DNA of 64,000 bases from positions 13,149 to 77,148 of the forward strand of contig JAPLRR010000089.1 in the NCBI GenBank assembly GCA_026399075.1, read 5' to 3'. Source of the DNA: Methylococcales bacterium (GTDB taxonomy: Bacteria; Pseudomonadota; Gammaproteobacteria; Methylococcales; Methylomonadaceae). Shown piece by piece: positions 27,131 through 38,843 of this stretch. How positions within the stretch are numbered: position 1 is the first letter of the stretch; each line of letters starts with the position of its first letter. Position numbers and translations under genes: made by a program. A model generated the notes under the pieces. It ran no database searches. It was given only the letters and a program-made list of their open reading frames with translations, and was not told the origin of the DNA.

Positions 27131-28312
27131 TTAAGGCTTCCGGCGATGTTTTAGAAAATGGCGGGCTTGGACGAATGCCTCGTCATAGGTTGCTTTTAAA
27201 ACGCCTCGGTCAGGCAAGGCCCCGCGCTTAACACCATACAAATAAACACAAAATGCTTGCCCCAAGGCATAAGTCATTGCGCCAGAATAAGCCCCGGCCA
27301 CAGCCCAGCCATAGACAGGTACTAAACCCAATAACTCCCGCCCCAATAAACCGATGCCCACGCTTGCACCAAACAGCGTGGTAAATTCACTATACAGCCT
27401 AGGGGTTAAACTCAGCCCGTACAAGGTGGTGATACTATGGAACAGCTTGGCTTGTACGGTAACCACCAAAGGCAGGCCCACAATGGGGATGGCACCTACG
27501 CCCAGATTAAGCAGGGCATAGCCGATAATATGCGGATGTGCTTGCTTGGCATGAAAATCCAATAATTCCTTATGCTGCAAAGACCCGCGCAATAAGCCGA
27601 CCACACTATCCGGCAACACGGTCTCTAAAGTTGCCCATAAGGCATCCAAACCATAATCAACAGGTTCAAACCCATCTTCCGGCAACGTAAAATCGACTGG
27701 CACAAAATGGACAGGCAAGGACTTGAACCAAGCCCGCTGATGCAATAACACCTGCGCCAAAGCATGGGGCACTTGCGGCGGAAAGGGTGAAAACTGGTAA
27801 GGGTAGGGCAGGATATGGCCAGTCTCCAGCGTGGGATAGCCTTCGTGCAAGGCTGTTTGCACCACCACAATCGGCCATTCGGGATGCTTTTTGTGTATCG
27901 CCAGCACCGCCGCCACAATTTCCGCTTGGTTCATATCCAAAGCACGCAACACCACCACCAACAAATGCGCCTGCCCCGCACACCATGCCAAATCTTCAGT
28001 AGGATTATAAGCCGTTTCACCCAGTCCCCGCGTATCCAGAAAGCGCATGATGGGATGGCTAGGCGATGGGAAATCATAAAAGCGCGAAGTTTTCGTGCAG
28101 GCTATAAAACCGTTGCCGATTTCAGCGGCATTATCTCCGGTCAATTCCCGGATCAGCGAGGTTTTACCCGATTGGGTTTTGCCCAACAACCAAAAAACCG
28201 GAATGGGCAAACTTTGCTTAATCTCTTCGATTTTAGATTCGATACCGCCAGGCTTAGGGTTAAACAGCGCCTGACCCAATCTTTTCCAAGTCCAACGAGT
28301 CAATATATCCAT
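27131..28312 (-). CDS. GTPase domain protein with a DUF697-like C-terminal membrane domain
   Basis: 393 aa. G1 is GKTQSGKTSLIRELTG and G3 is FLDTRGLGE. The C-terminal hydrophobic region (GAIPIVGLPLVVTVQAKLFHSITTLYGL) resembles DUF697. There is a 3-nt gap to the downstream GTPase gene. Confidence 0.7.
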   Translation of the reverse strand: MDILTRWTWKRLGQALFNPKPGGIESKIEEIKQSLPIPVFWLLGKTQSGKTSLIRELTGDNAAEIGNGFIACTKTSRFYDFPSPSHPIMRFLDTRGLGETAYNPTEDLAWCAGQAHLLVVVLRALDMNQAEIVAAVLAIHKKHPEWPIVVVQTALHEGYPTLETGHILPYPYQFSPFPPQVPHALAQVLLHQRAWFKSLPVHFVPVDFTLPEDGFEPVDYGLDALWATLETVLPDSVVGLLRGSLQHKELLDFHAKQAHPHIIGYALLNLGVGAIPIVGLPLVVTVQAKLFHSITTLYGLSLTPRLYSEFTTLFGASVGIGLLGRELLGLVPVYGWAVAGAYSGAMTYALGQAFCVYLYGVKRGALPDRGVLKATYDEAFVQARHFLKHRRKP

Positions 28313-29180
28313 GAGGTAGGCTTAAATTAGTTTGTGGTTTGTAGTTTGTAGAATGGGTGGAGTGATAGTGAAGCCCACCAAACCCATGTCCCAATATCCG
28401 TTATGCCAAAGCAAAGTGCCTCTGATGTCCTTCAACAAAATTCAACATCACCATGCAGTTTACCTCAGTTTTTGATGGATTTTGACTACTATCCCCTACA
28501 CTTATACATTTTAAGGGTGACAATAGCTACCCATAGTTTCAACGGGGTTCTCCCCTTAAGCCTAAGGCAAAGTTAAGCAGGCGGGCGATAGCGAAGCTCC
28601 GCCTGAACGTTGGGTTGGACGTGGCAATCCGATTATTGCGTTAATCGGCACAATTTAGCCGCGCTTTTAAGTCCCAAGACTTGTCGTTAAGTATGCGTGA
28701 AATTACTGAAAAAAGCTCAGTTTAGCGTTCGGGTTGTTTAACTGATAAGCCTATCGCCGCACATTCAATTATGTCCTAATCTTGGGAAATGCCATCTTCA
28801 ATAACAAGGTAACCAGTGCAGCCCGAATTTTTCATGCAGTAGAGGCGGATAGCTTTCCCTGAAACCAGCTGCTAGCCGCTGTCTTCTTTTCCTTACTGAT
28901 CGTGGCTTACTCCTGCCCATATCTTTAGCTATATAACTTAGGAAGATTTTTCCTTATGCATTATATAAATATGATATCTTTCTTTTTGGGTTAGATGGTT
29001 GAATGTCCTTAGTTGGCGGCCCTTTAGTTTTTTGTTTTGGTTGACGGAAACTGTACCATCTAACCTTTTTAAAAGGTTTTGCATTTATTATATGAATTCA
29101 AGACTTTAAAAAAAGCGAACGATATACATAAACCCTAATAATCATTCGTTGGGCGACCAATTTCATATAAAAGGAACAAA

Positions 29181-30143
29181 ATGTTTAAACTATCACCTGA
29201 GGCCATCACATGGGCCTACCGCTTATTTTTAGACAGGGATCCTGAAAGTCCTCTAGTGGTTGAAGAAAAGTTGAAAATGTTAATAAGCACTCAGGATGTC
29301 AGGCAGGAATTTCTGAATTCATACGAGTTCAACAGCATCAATGATGACCTTCGTTCACCATTGCTGTCGGGTAACGAGCCCCCCATGCATATCGAAGGCG
29401 TTTCTGACTTACAATTACAAGAATTGTTTTTTCATATTCAAAATATATGGGAAAATTTTGGTGAAACAGAACCATATTGGTCTGTAGCCACTTCTGAACA
29501 ATTCAGATCTTCTAATATTAATGACACCCGAAGTAAATTTTATGAGACAGGCCTTAATAATGTTACAACACTCTTCAATACACTAGAGAGGAATGGCATA
29601 GATCATTCCCATTTTAAAACTTGTTTGGAGTATGGGTGTGGCCTTGGCCGTGTAACTTGCTGGTTGGCGAAAAGATTTGAAACAGTCTTAGGTTACGATA
29701 TATCGGGCTCACATTTGCGGTTCACCAAGCAATACTTTGACGAAGTGGGCATCCAGAATGTGTTATTACACCATATCAGTAAACCCCAAGATATCGGCAA
29801 CTTCCCCAAAGTAGATGTCATTTATTCGGTGATCGTACTTCAGCATAATCCCCCGCCAATTATCCGTTTAATCATCCAAGAGTTGATTAGGGCTTTGAAC
29901 CCTGGTGGTATCGCTTATTTTCAAGTACCAACCTATCGCTTGGGATATAACTTTTCGATGGACGATTATCTGGAAGGTGAAGCGGCAAGAGGTGACATGG
30001 AGATGCATGTGTTTCCACAGAAAGAGATATTTGACATTATTGCCAAAGAACATGCGAAGGTAGTTGAAATTCTGGAAGATCGATGGACTGGTTTGAAAAA
30101 TGGTGAAAATCGGTCAAATACTTTTGTCGTGCAAAAGGAATGA
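29181..30143 (+). CDS. Class I SAM-dependent methyltransferase with an N-terminal DUF4214-like helical region
   Basis: 320 aa, AAGGAA SD, AT-rich codon usage. SAM motif I is LEYGCGLGRVT and the post-I acidic residue is in GYDIS. The N-terminus AITWAYRLFLDRDPES is typical of DUF4214-like linkers. Confidence 0.75.
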   Translation: MFKLSPEAITWAYRLFLDRDPESPLVVEEKLKMLISTQDVRQEFLNSYEFNSINDDLRSPLLSGNEPPMHIEGVSDLQLQELFFHIQNIWENFGETEPYWSVATSEQFRSSNINDTRSKFYETGLNNVTTLFNTLERNGIDHSHFKTCLEYGCGLGRVTCWLAKRFETVLGYDISGSHLRFTKQYFDEVGIQNVLLHHISKPQDIGNFPKVDVIYSVIVLQHNPPPIIRLIIQELIRALNPGGIAYFQVPTYRLGYNFSMDDYLEGEAARGDMEMHVFPQKEIFDIIAKEHAKVVEILEDRWTGLKNGENRSNTFVVQKE

Positions 30144-30319
30144 TGTAGGAGTTGCTGTTTCCTATCGGCGCTAAAATCTTGGTATGTTGGACAGCAGCAA
30201 CAAATTATTTGGCCTGACCATGGGTAAGACGTTATACGAGGATGGGATGAGGGAAGGGAATCCCGTCATTGGGTTTTGCCGGGATTGATGGGCTTCCTTG
30301 CGTCAGTCCATCCTACAAA

Positions 30320-31153
30320 TCATTCCGTAATTTGTTCCATTAATTTACGGTGGACAGGATTTGCAAGTGAATTATCATCTAAATATTCCAAGAGCTTATA
30401 TTTTTTTACTAACACTAATAGATTTTCGTATTTATATTCAGATGTAAGCAAACAGACATAAAACAACAGACTTAACTCATACATTGAAAGTTGGGCACGA
30501 ACCAGATTGCTATAGAACTGTTTCTCAGGCAAAGAAAACTCACTGTTATCAACAAAATATAAAGCATTATAAAGTGTGCGAAAATAACCAGAAAGCAGAT
30601 AGCCGTAGCCGTTATAAAATGCGTTGTAAACTTCATTCAGCGTTTCAATTTCTAGTGACTCTTGCCCCATTAGATGATTTTTTTGAAAATTTTCCGTGTA
30701 TAAGTCTGTTATAAAATGTCTACTTCTAATTTCGTCAGTAAAATAAATATCCTTTACAACATCATTAAACAACGTAAGTAATTGAAAAAATGTTGTTTCA
30801 AATCTTTGCCTTTCAACCGTTTTAACCTGTGACTGCAAAGCCTCGCTAGATTTTCTCAGCTCCTCCCGCGATAGTTGCAATTCTGTTTCACTTTGTTTTA
30901 GGGCTTGTTGATTTTGCATAATGGTTATGCCAACGAAAATCAAACCAAGGAAAGTAAAAAATGGATTTAAAATGCCGCCGAAGAAATCACCTGTTTGACC
31001 CCATTGCTCTAGCTTAGCAGTCAATTCGCAATTGGTAGTGTCAGCTCCGCAAAATGTTGATAAGTAGAAATATATTGCCGAACATCCACCAACTATAGCA
31101 ATAACTAATAATGGCAAAATCTGTATTTTGGTTGTTGTGTCTTTTTTGGTCAT
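30320..31153 (-). CDS. Putative phage abortive-infection membrane protein (putAbiC-like)
   Basis: 277 aa and AT-rich. It has two N-terminal TM helices flanking GQTGDFFGGILNPFFTFLGLIF, then a coiled coil (QSETELQLSREELRKSSEALQ) and FETTFFQLLTLFNDVV. I recall this arrangement from the putAbiC family, but the match is unverified. Confidence 0.5.
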   Translation of the reverse strand: MTKKDTTTKIQILPLLVIAIVGGCSAIYFYLSTFCGADTTNCELTAKLEQWGQTGDFFGGILNPFFTFLGLIFVGITIMQNQQALKQSETELQLSREELRKSSEALQSQVKTVERQRFETTFFQLLTLFNDVVKDIYFTDEIRSRHFITDLYTENFQKNHLMGQESLEIETLNEVYNAFYNGYGYLLSGYFRTLYNALYFVDNSEFSLPEKQFYSNLVRAQLSMYELSLLFYVCLLTSEYKYENLLVLVKKYKLLEYLDDNSLANPVHRKLMEQITE

Positions 31154-31190
31154 TGTTAAAGCTTATCGGGTTGTAACAAATCGTAGCCCT

Positions 31191-31278
31191 GTAGGTCGGA
31201 TTAAGCCGCTTTGAGCGGTAAGCGAAAAACGGCGTTTCCGGTAAATCGCGGGCGAGGTGTGCCGGAAACGGCAGTTTT
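31191..31278. repeat. REP-like extragenic palindromic element (GTAGGTCGGATTAAGCCGC...)
   Basis: GTAGGTCGGATTAAGCCGCTTTGAGCGG is followed by the imperfect inverted repeat AAAACGGCGTTTCCGG / CCGGAAACGGCAGTTTT. The element lies in the gap between ilvD and the Abi-like gene. Confidence 0.5.
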
Positions 31279-31321
31279 CACTTACGTTCAAACTACCTTA
31301 TTCCGGCAGCAACGACCATCC

Positions 31322-33019
31322 TTAATCCAAATTATCCGTCACCGCCCCCGTAGACGCAGAACTCACCAACTTGGCATATTTTGCCAATACGCCGCGTGTG
31401 TATCTTGGCGCAGGTTGTTGCCAGTGTTCCAAACGGCGTGCGACTTCGTGTTCGTTGACGACCAGGCTAAGCTCATTTTTTTCGGCATCAATGATAATGG
31501 TGTCGCCGTTTTCTATGATCGCCAAGGGGCCACCGACATAGGCTTCGGGGGTGATGTGACCGACCACAAAACCGTGGGTGCCGCCGGAAAAACGTCCATC
31601 AGTGATTAAGGCGACTTCTTTGCCTAAACCTTTGCCCATGATTGCCGAGGTGGGTGAGAGCATTTCGCGCATACCCGGGCCGCCTTTGGGGCCTTCGTAG
31701 CGAATGACGATGACATCGCCTTTAACAATGCCGCCGTTTAAGATGCTTTGCAGGGCTTGTTCTTCGGCATCAAACACTTTGGCAGTGCCGACAAAACGCA
31801 AGCCTTCTTTGCCGGTGATTTTTGCGACTGCGCCGCCGGGGGCGAGGTTGCCATAAAGCACGACTAAATGGCTGTCTTTTTTAATCGGGTCGGCTAAGGA
31901 ATGGATCATGTCTTGACCGTCGGGATACGGTTTAACGTCGGCGAGGTTTTCTGCCAAGGTTTTTCCGGTGACGGTCAGGCAATCGCCGTGCAGCAAGCCT
32001 TGGTCGAGCAGGATTTTCATCAGCGGTTGGATGCCGCCAATTTCTATCAATTCCGCCATTTGGTAGCGTCCGCTGGGTTTTAGGTCTGCCAATAACGGTA
32101 CGTTTTTACCGATGCGGGTAAAGTCATCTAGGGTAATGTCCACTTTCGCGGCATTCGCCATCGCCAATAAATGCAGCACGGCGTTGGTGGAGCCGCCTAG
32201 GGCGATGACCACGGTAATCGCGTTTTCAAACGCGGGTTTGGTCATGATGTCGCTGGGTTTGATGTCTTTTTTCAGCAATTCCAGCACCGCTGCGCCTGCG
32301 CGTTCGCAATCAAGTTTTTTGTCGTTGGACACCGCCGCTTGTGCCGAGCTATTGGGTAAGCTCATGCCTAGGGCTTCAATCGCCGAAGCCATGGTGTTGG
32401 CGGTGTACATGCCACCACACGAACCTGCGCCAGGGATGGCTTTGGCTTCAATTTCGGCGAGTTCGGCATCGTCGATTTGGTTGTTGGCGCGGGCGCCTAC
32501 AGCTTCAAACACCGACACGACATCGAGTTTTTTGTCTTTGTGGCAACCGGGCAAAATCGTGCCGCCATACACGAAAATCGCCGGACGGTTTAGTCGAGAG
32601 ATCGCAATCATACAGCCCGGCATGTTTTTGTCGCAGCCACCGATCGCAACAACGCCGTCAAAGCCTTGGCAGCCGACCACGGTTTCTATGGAATCGGCTA
32701 TCACTTCGCGCGACACCAGCGAGTATTTCATGCCTTCCGTACCCATGGAAATGCCGTCGGAAATGGTGATGGTGTTAAAGATTACGGCTTTGCCATTGGC
32801 TTTGTTCACACCTAAGGCCGCATCGTCAGCCAGTTTGTTGATGTGCATATTGCAGGGTGTGACCATGCTCCACGTGGAGGCGATGCCGATTTGGGGCTTT
32901 TTGAAATCGTCGTTGTTAAAGCCGACGGCGTGCAACATGGCGCGGCTAGGGGCGCGTTCCATGCCGTCTACGACTAATGAGGAAAAGGTGCGGGTGTTGT
33001 GGTCGTCTGTATGGGCCAT
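31322..33019 (-). CDS. ilvD: Dihydroxy-acid dehydratase
   Basis: 565 aa with the family motifs [18 protein letters not shown] and [11 protein letters not shown]. Confidence 0.95.
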   Translation of the reverse strand: MAHTDDHNTRTFSSLVVDGMERAPSRAMLHAVGFNNDDFKKPQIGIASTWSMVTPCNMHINKLADDAALGVNKANGKAVIFNTITISDGISMGTEGMKYSLVSREVIADSIETVVGCQGFDGVVAIGGCDKNMPGCMIAISRLNRPAIFVYGGTILPGCHKDKKLDVVSVFEAVGARANNQIDDAELAEIEAKAIPGAGSCGGMYTANTMASAIEALGMSLPNSSAQAAVSNDKKLDCERAGAAVLELLKKDIKPSDIMTKPAFENAITVVIALGGSTNAVLHLLAMANAAKVDITLDDFTRIGKNVPLLADLKPSGRYQMAELIEIGGIQPLMKILLDQGLLHGDCLTVTGKTLAENLADVKPYPDGQDMIHSLADPIKKDSHLVVLYGNLAPGGAVAKITGKEGLRFVGTAKVFDAEEQALQSILNGGIVKGDVIVIRYEGPKGGPGMREMLSPTSAIMGKGLGKEVALITDGRFSGGTHGFVVGHITPEAYVGGPLAIIENGDTIIIDAEKNELSLVVNEHEVARRLEHWQQPAPRYTRGVLAKYAKLVSSASTGAVTDNLD

Positions 33020-33176
33020 GGGTTTACTTCCGGGTTAGGGTTAAGGTTATTGGCGTATTGGTTGTTCCTATTTCCAAGCGCCGTATTGTTGCTATTGCTT
33101 TAAGGCGGTGGATAGGCTGCTAAAGGGTAAAGCCACGTTATTTGATAGCGGCGGCGTGTGCCATAGCGGGATGGCG

Positions 33177-33854
33177 CTAAAAGGAATCCCAGCTGCTTTT
33201 GCGTCGCCAACCGAGTTTGGGCAGGATAAAGCCCAGCAAAACGCCAGCCAGCGAGAGTAGCCCGCCGTACAAGAACCAGTCTTGGCTGGCGGTATCTTTT
33301 AGGGCTTGGTTTTCAAGTTTAAATTGTTCTAAGTCGCGTTCAACATTGACGACGCGTTCTTGGAGTTCGTCACGTTCGGTTTTGATTTGTTGGGCGTTGG
33401 CGGCGGTCTTTTTCAGTTCACTGAGTTCACGGGCCAATTGGTCGCGTTCTGTCGCCAGCGATTTTTCTAAAGACGAACCGGGCATTAGCGAGGCTTTTAA
33501 GGTGGCCAGTTCGGTATTTAGCGCAGTATTGTCGGCTTGCAACTGGGCAATGGTTTTGCTGGCGCTGTCTTTAGGGTCTAGGGCAGGTGGCTGTTTTTTG
33601 GTGTAATGGGCTTTAATGTAGCCTTCTTTGCCGTTGGCTAGGCGCACATGGATAAATTCCCCTTTGCTGGCTTTGTCGATTAGCGTCAGCGGTGTGCCTA
33701 TGGCCAGCGGGGCAATCACTTTTGCCCGGTTACTCGCCCCGTCCCGTAGCGATAGATTGCCGTCATCGGCCACATAAACGGTTTCTGCATGGGCGTTGCC
33801 GACAACGGCCAGCAACAAGATAAACAAAGGGCGCAGTAGAATTTTCACAGGCAT
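33177..33854 (-). CDS. SH3 domain protein with coiled coil and a C-terminal TM anchor (YgiM/TIGR04211-like)
   Basis: 225 aa. It has a signal peptide (LLLAVVGNAHA), an SH3b-like segment, a long coiled coil and the C-terminal helix WFLYGGLLSLAGVLLGFILP. Confidence 0.7.
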   Translation of the reverse strand: MPVKILLRPLFILLLAVVGNAHAETVYVADDGNLSLRDGASNRAKVIAPLAIGTPLTLIDKASKGEFIHVRLANGKEGYIKAHYTKKQPPALDPKDSASKTIAQLQADNTALNTELATLKASLMPGSSLEKSLATERDQLARELSELKKTAANAQQIKTERDELQERVVNVERDLEQFKLENQALKDTASQDWFLYGGLLSLAGVLLGFILPKLGWRRKSSWDSF

Positions 33855-33896
33855 TTTCTTAATGTGGATGGAAATCTGGTGTGGCCGATTTTACCG

Positions 33897-34802
33897 TTAT
33901 TTAGTGCACAATAGAAATTCAAGCAAGGCTTTTTGCGCATGGAGGCGGTTTTCCGCTTCGGCAAAGATGACACTTTGCGGGCCATCGATCACGGCTGCCG
34001 TCACTTCTTCGCCACGATGGGCAGGCAAGCAGTGCATAAACAGTGCGTCAGTGTGTGCCGCCGCCATAACTTCAGAATTTACCTGAAAGCCTTTAAATGC
34101 GATTTCGCGTTGCTTTTGTTCTTCTTCTTGCCCCATGCTTGCCCAAACATCGGTCACGCAAAGGTGGGCATTTTGGGCGGCTGCAACCGGGTTATCAAAC
34201 AAGCGCACACGGTCGCCCGCAGCAGCGAGGATTTCAGGAAGGGGATGATAGCCTTCAGGGCTGGCTATATGTAAGGTGAAATCCAACAACATGGCGGCGT
34301 GGATATACGAATGGCACATATTATTGCCGTCACCTATCCAAGCTACAGTTTTGCCTTTAATGTCGCCACGATATTCAAAATAGGTTTGCATATCAGCCAG
34401 TAATTGGCAGGGATGCTGTAAGTCGGTCAGGCCGTTAATTACTGGGACGCTGGAGTGCTGGGCAAAAGTGGTGACAGTTTCATGCTTGTCGGTGCGTAGC
34501 ATGATGCAATCGACCATGCTGGAAATGACTTTGGCGCTGTCTTGTACGGGTTCACCACGGCCTAGCTGGGTATCCCTGGGCGATAAAAATATCGCGCTGC
34601 CACCAAAATGGGCCATGCCCGCTTCAAAGGAAATGCGGGTGCGCGTGGATGACTTTTCAAAAATCATTGCCAACACCTGGCCTTTTAATGGCTGGTAATT
34701 TGGGTCACGGTGGTTTTTAAGCGCGCTGGCCCGTTGGATGATTTGCCGGAACTCGTCGCCGGATAAATCCAGCAAGCTTGTGAAATGTCTGGGGTTGCTC
34801 AT
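33897..34802 (-). CDS. argF: Ornithine carbamoyltransferase
   Basis: 301 aa with the motifs STRTR, HPCQ, DVWASMG and [10 protein letters not shown]. Its start overlaps the argD stop (ATGA). Confidence 0.9.
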   Translation of the reverse strand: MSNPRHFTSLLDLSGDEFRQIIQRASALKNHRDPNYQPLKGQVLAMIFEKSSTRTRISFEAGMAHFGGSAIFLSPRDTQLGRGEPVQDSAKVISSMVDCIMLRTDKHETVTTFAQHSSVPVINGLTDLQHPCQLLADMQTYFEYRGDIKGKTVAWIGDGNNMCHSYIHAAMLLDFTLHIASPEGYHPLPEILAAAGDRVRLFDNPVAAAQNAHLCVTDVWASMGQEEEQKQREIAFKGFQVNSEVMAAAHTDALFMHCLPAHRGEEVTAAVIDGPQSVIFAEAENRLHAQKALLEFLLCTK

Positions 34803-35986
34803 GCTGTGAACTCGTTAATAAGCGTCGATAAAGTGTCTACAAGTAACTGGATTTGTTGCCCGTCAATAATGAGTGGCGGTAATAAACGGATGGTGGTTTC
34901 GTTGGTGACATTAACCAATAAATGCTGTTGTAAGGCCAATTTTACTAATTCAGCACAAGGACGATCAAGTTCGATACCTATCATCAAACCCTTGTTGCGT
35001 ATGTCAACAATATGCGCGTTGCCTTGTAAGCGCGCGCTAAAACCTGCCGTGATGGCCAGTCCTTTGGCTTCTGCCTGTTCAGTCAGCTGTTCGGCATCCA
35101 GTGTCGCCAACACTGCCAATGCCGCACTACACGCCAAGGGGTTGCCGCCAAAAGTCGAGCCGTGGTTGCCGGCGGTCAGTAGTTGTGCGGCAAAACCACG
35201 GGCTAGGCACGCGCCGATGGGTACGCCATTGCCCAAGGCTTTGGCTAAGGTGCAAACATCAGGTAGGATATTATTGTGTTGGTATGCCAGAAATTTGCCA
35301 GTGCGCCCTATGCCGGTCTGGATTTCATCCAACATCATCAGCAAGCCATAGTGGTCGCATAAGTCGCGTATTTGGTTGAGGTAGTCGGTGGCGGGAATAT
35401 TGACACCGCCTTCACCTTGTATCGGCTCAACCAGCACCGCGACGATGGCGTTATTTTGTTCCACGGCCTGTTTGATGGCGTTTATATCGTTATAAGTGAC
35501 ACGTACAAAACCTTCGACCAAAGGCGCAAAACCCAGTTGCACCTTGCTGTTGCCTGTGGCGCTTAAGGTTGCCAAGGTACGTCCATGGAAGCTTTTTTCC
35601 ATGACGATAATGGCGGGGTTGGCTATGCCTTTTTCATGGCCGTATTTACGCGCCAGCTTAATCGCAGCCTCATTGGCTTCGGCGCCGGAATTGCAAAAGA
35701 ACACGTTATCCATACCACTTTTGGCGGTCAGTTGGTCGGCAAGCTGTTCTTGGGCGGCGATGGTATAGAGATTGGACGTGTGCAGCAGTTTTTTGCTTTG
35801 TTCACAAATGGCCTGATGCACCGCCGGGTGGGCGTGGCCCAGGTTGCAGACCGCGATACCCGATAGGGCATCCAGATAACGGTTATTATTTTCATCAAAC
35901 AACCACGCACCTTCTCCCCGATCAAAGGTCACGGGCAAACGGCTGTAGGTGGGCATAATATGGCTAGTCATGGTTTTTGCCTGCAC
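34799..35986 (-). CDS. argD: Acetylornithine aminotransferase (class III PLP aminotransferase)
   Basis: 395 aa with [27 protein letters not shown] and the [11 protein letters not shown]-lysine region. Confidence 0.9.
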   Translation of the reverse strand: MQAKTMTSHIMPTYSRLPVTFDRGEGAWLFDENNNRYLDALSGIAVCNLGHAHPAVHQAICEQSKKLLHTSNLYTIAAQEQLADQLTAKSGMDNVFFCNSGAEANEAAIKLARKYGHEKGIANPAIIVMEKSFHGRTLATLSATGNSKVQLGFAPLVEGFVRVTYNDINAIKQAVEQNNAIVAVLVEPIQGEGGVNIPATDYLNQIRDLCDHYGLLMMLDEIQTGIGRTGKFLAYQHNNILPDVCTLAKALGNGVPIGACLARGFAAQLLTAGNHGSTFGGNPLACSAALAVLATLDAEQLTEQAEAKGLAITAGFSARLQGNAHIVDIRNKGLMIGIELDRPCAELVKLALQQHLLVNVTNETTIRLLPPLIIDGQQIQLLVDTLSTLINEFTA

Positions 35987-36139
35987 AAAGATAAATCAAA
36001 AGGGGATGCTACCCAATAAAAAAATGTTCGATTATAAGTACCAATGCAGTCCCAAGCAAGTCTTGGATTAATATTTGCTTTTTTAAGTGCTCTAATGTTG
36101 ATAAAATCAGTGGGTTTTTATTTATTTGGAGTCAAAAGC

Positions 36140-36463
36140 ATGAGTGTTGTAGAAAGAATTAAAGATCAGCTGGAAAATAACCCTGTCGTTTTGTATATGA
36201 AAGGTTCCCCTGATTTTCCGCAATGTGGTTTTTCAGGCCAAACTGTGCAGGTCTTGGAAGCTTGCAAGGCAAAATATACCTACATCAATATTTTTGAAGA
36301 TCCTGAATTACGCGAAGCGCTTAAGGAATATTCAAATTGGCCAACTTATCCGCAGTTGTATATTAACGGTGAATTGGTTGGCGGTTGTGACATCGTTATT
36401 GATTTGTACAAGAAAAACGAGTTGCCGGCCATGTTGGCGGCAGTTGGCGCTGTAGCTGAATAA
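36140..36463 (+). CDS. grxD: Grx4-family monothiol glutaredoxin
   Basis: It has the CGFS active site (PQCGFSGQ) and WPTYPQLYINGELVGGCDI. I place the start at ATG 36140 (MSVVERIK), which has GGAG upstream. The track start at 36044 adds a hydrophobic extension that is not typical of this family. Confidence 0.9.
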   Translation: MSVVERIKDQLENNPVVLYMKGSPDFPQCGFSGQTVQVLEACKAKYTYINIFEDPELREALKEYSNWPTYPQLYINGELVGGCDIVIDLYKKNELPAMLAAVGAVAE

Positions 36464-36525
36464 ACGGGCTTAAGCCTGTGGGATGATAGCTGGCCAAGCA
36501 GCCGCTGTCACCCCTATGCAGATTA

Positions 36526-36556
36526 CAAGGTGGGCAGAACCGCATTGCCCACCTTG
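36526..36556. repeat. REP-like hairpin CAAGGTGGGCA-N9-TGCCCACCTTG
   Basis: Perfect 11-bp inverted repeat between convergent grxD and thiC. It shares the GGTGGGCA-N9-TGCCCACC core with 3965-3995. Confidence 0.6.
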
Positions 36557-36563
36557 GTTCACT

Positions 36564-38450
<1,887 letters not shown>

Positions 38451-38477
38451 TTACAATATAACAAGGCGCGGGGAAGT

Positions 38478-38582
38478 TTGGGGGCTTTCCTACGCCGGTA
38501 TTAACCAGGGTCAGGTTCAAAGGGTTTCTCTCAGCCTCTAAGGTTTACGCAATGCGCAGAAACAAAGAAGCACCCCTAGCCT
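38478..38582 (-). promoter_or_regulatory. TPP (THI-box) riboswitch in the thiC leader
   Basis: The minus strand reads CUAGGGGUGCUUC...GGCUGAGAGAAACCCUUUGAACCUGACCCUGGUUAAUACCGGCGUAGGAAAG. This matches the THI-box consensus (GGGGUGC...CUGAGA...ACCCUUUGAACCUGAUCUGGAUAAUGCCAGCGUAGGGA) and sits immediately upstream of thiC. Confidence 0.9.
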
Positions 38583-38654
38583 TTACGGATGTCGTACTAA
38601 GTTAAAGGATAATGCCACGGATTGCAAGCGTAGCCAGCATCTTAAAAATAACAA

Positions 38655-38687
38655 ACGCCTTATAAAACAAATGGTTTTATAAGGCGT
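38655..38687. repeat. Perfect 14-bp inverted repeat ACGCCTTATAAAAC-N5-GTTTTATAAGGCGT in the thiC/GT2 divergent intergenic region
   Basis: Seen directly in the sequence. The motif ACGCCTTATAAA also occurs at ~4065 next to the 4086-4110 palindrome. The function is unknown (operator, insulator or REP). Confidence 0.4.
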
Positions 38688-38843
38688 AGACAACTTGGGC
38701 TAGGTGGTTGCGAAGCTTAATAATCAATGGCTTATCATTATTTTTAGTGATATTTTTAGGACATTTAGCCCATTTTTTATATCATAGCAGTTCAAAGGCG
38801 GTGGATTTTTGGCCTGCAAAAAGAAGCAAAGTTCTTTTAGCCT

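Noticed and set aside
27815-28330. 171-aa plus-strand ORF
   Set aside because: It is antisense to the 393-aa GTPase gene and has an H/R/Q-rich composition with no motifs.
28313-29180. Pseudogene or small gene hidden in the long non-coding stretch
   Set aside because: Translating both strands by eye gave only short, stop-riddled frames with no recognisable transposase or integrase remnants. I left it as non-coding pending RNA-level analysis.
31211-31609. 132-aa plus-strand ORF
   Set aside because: It starts within the REP-like element and continues antisense into ilvD. It is an R/P-rich shadow ORF.
32112-33038. 308-aa plus-strand ORF
   Set aside because: It is entirely antisense to the strongly conserved ilvD gene and has an A/S/P/M-rich, low-complexity composition typical of shadow ORFs.
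34785-35351. 188-aa plus-strand ORF
   Set aside because: It is antisense to argD and has no motifs. argD is unambiguous on the opposite strand.
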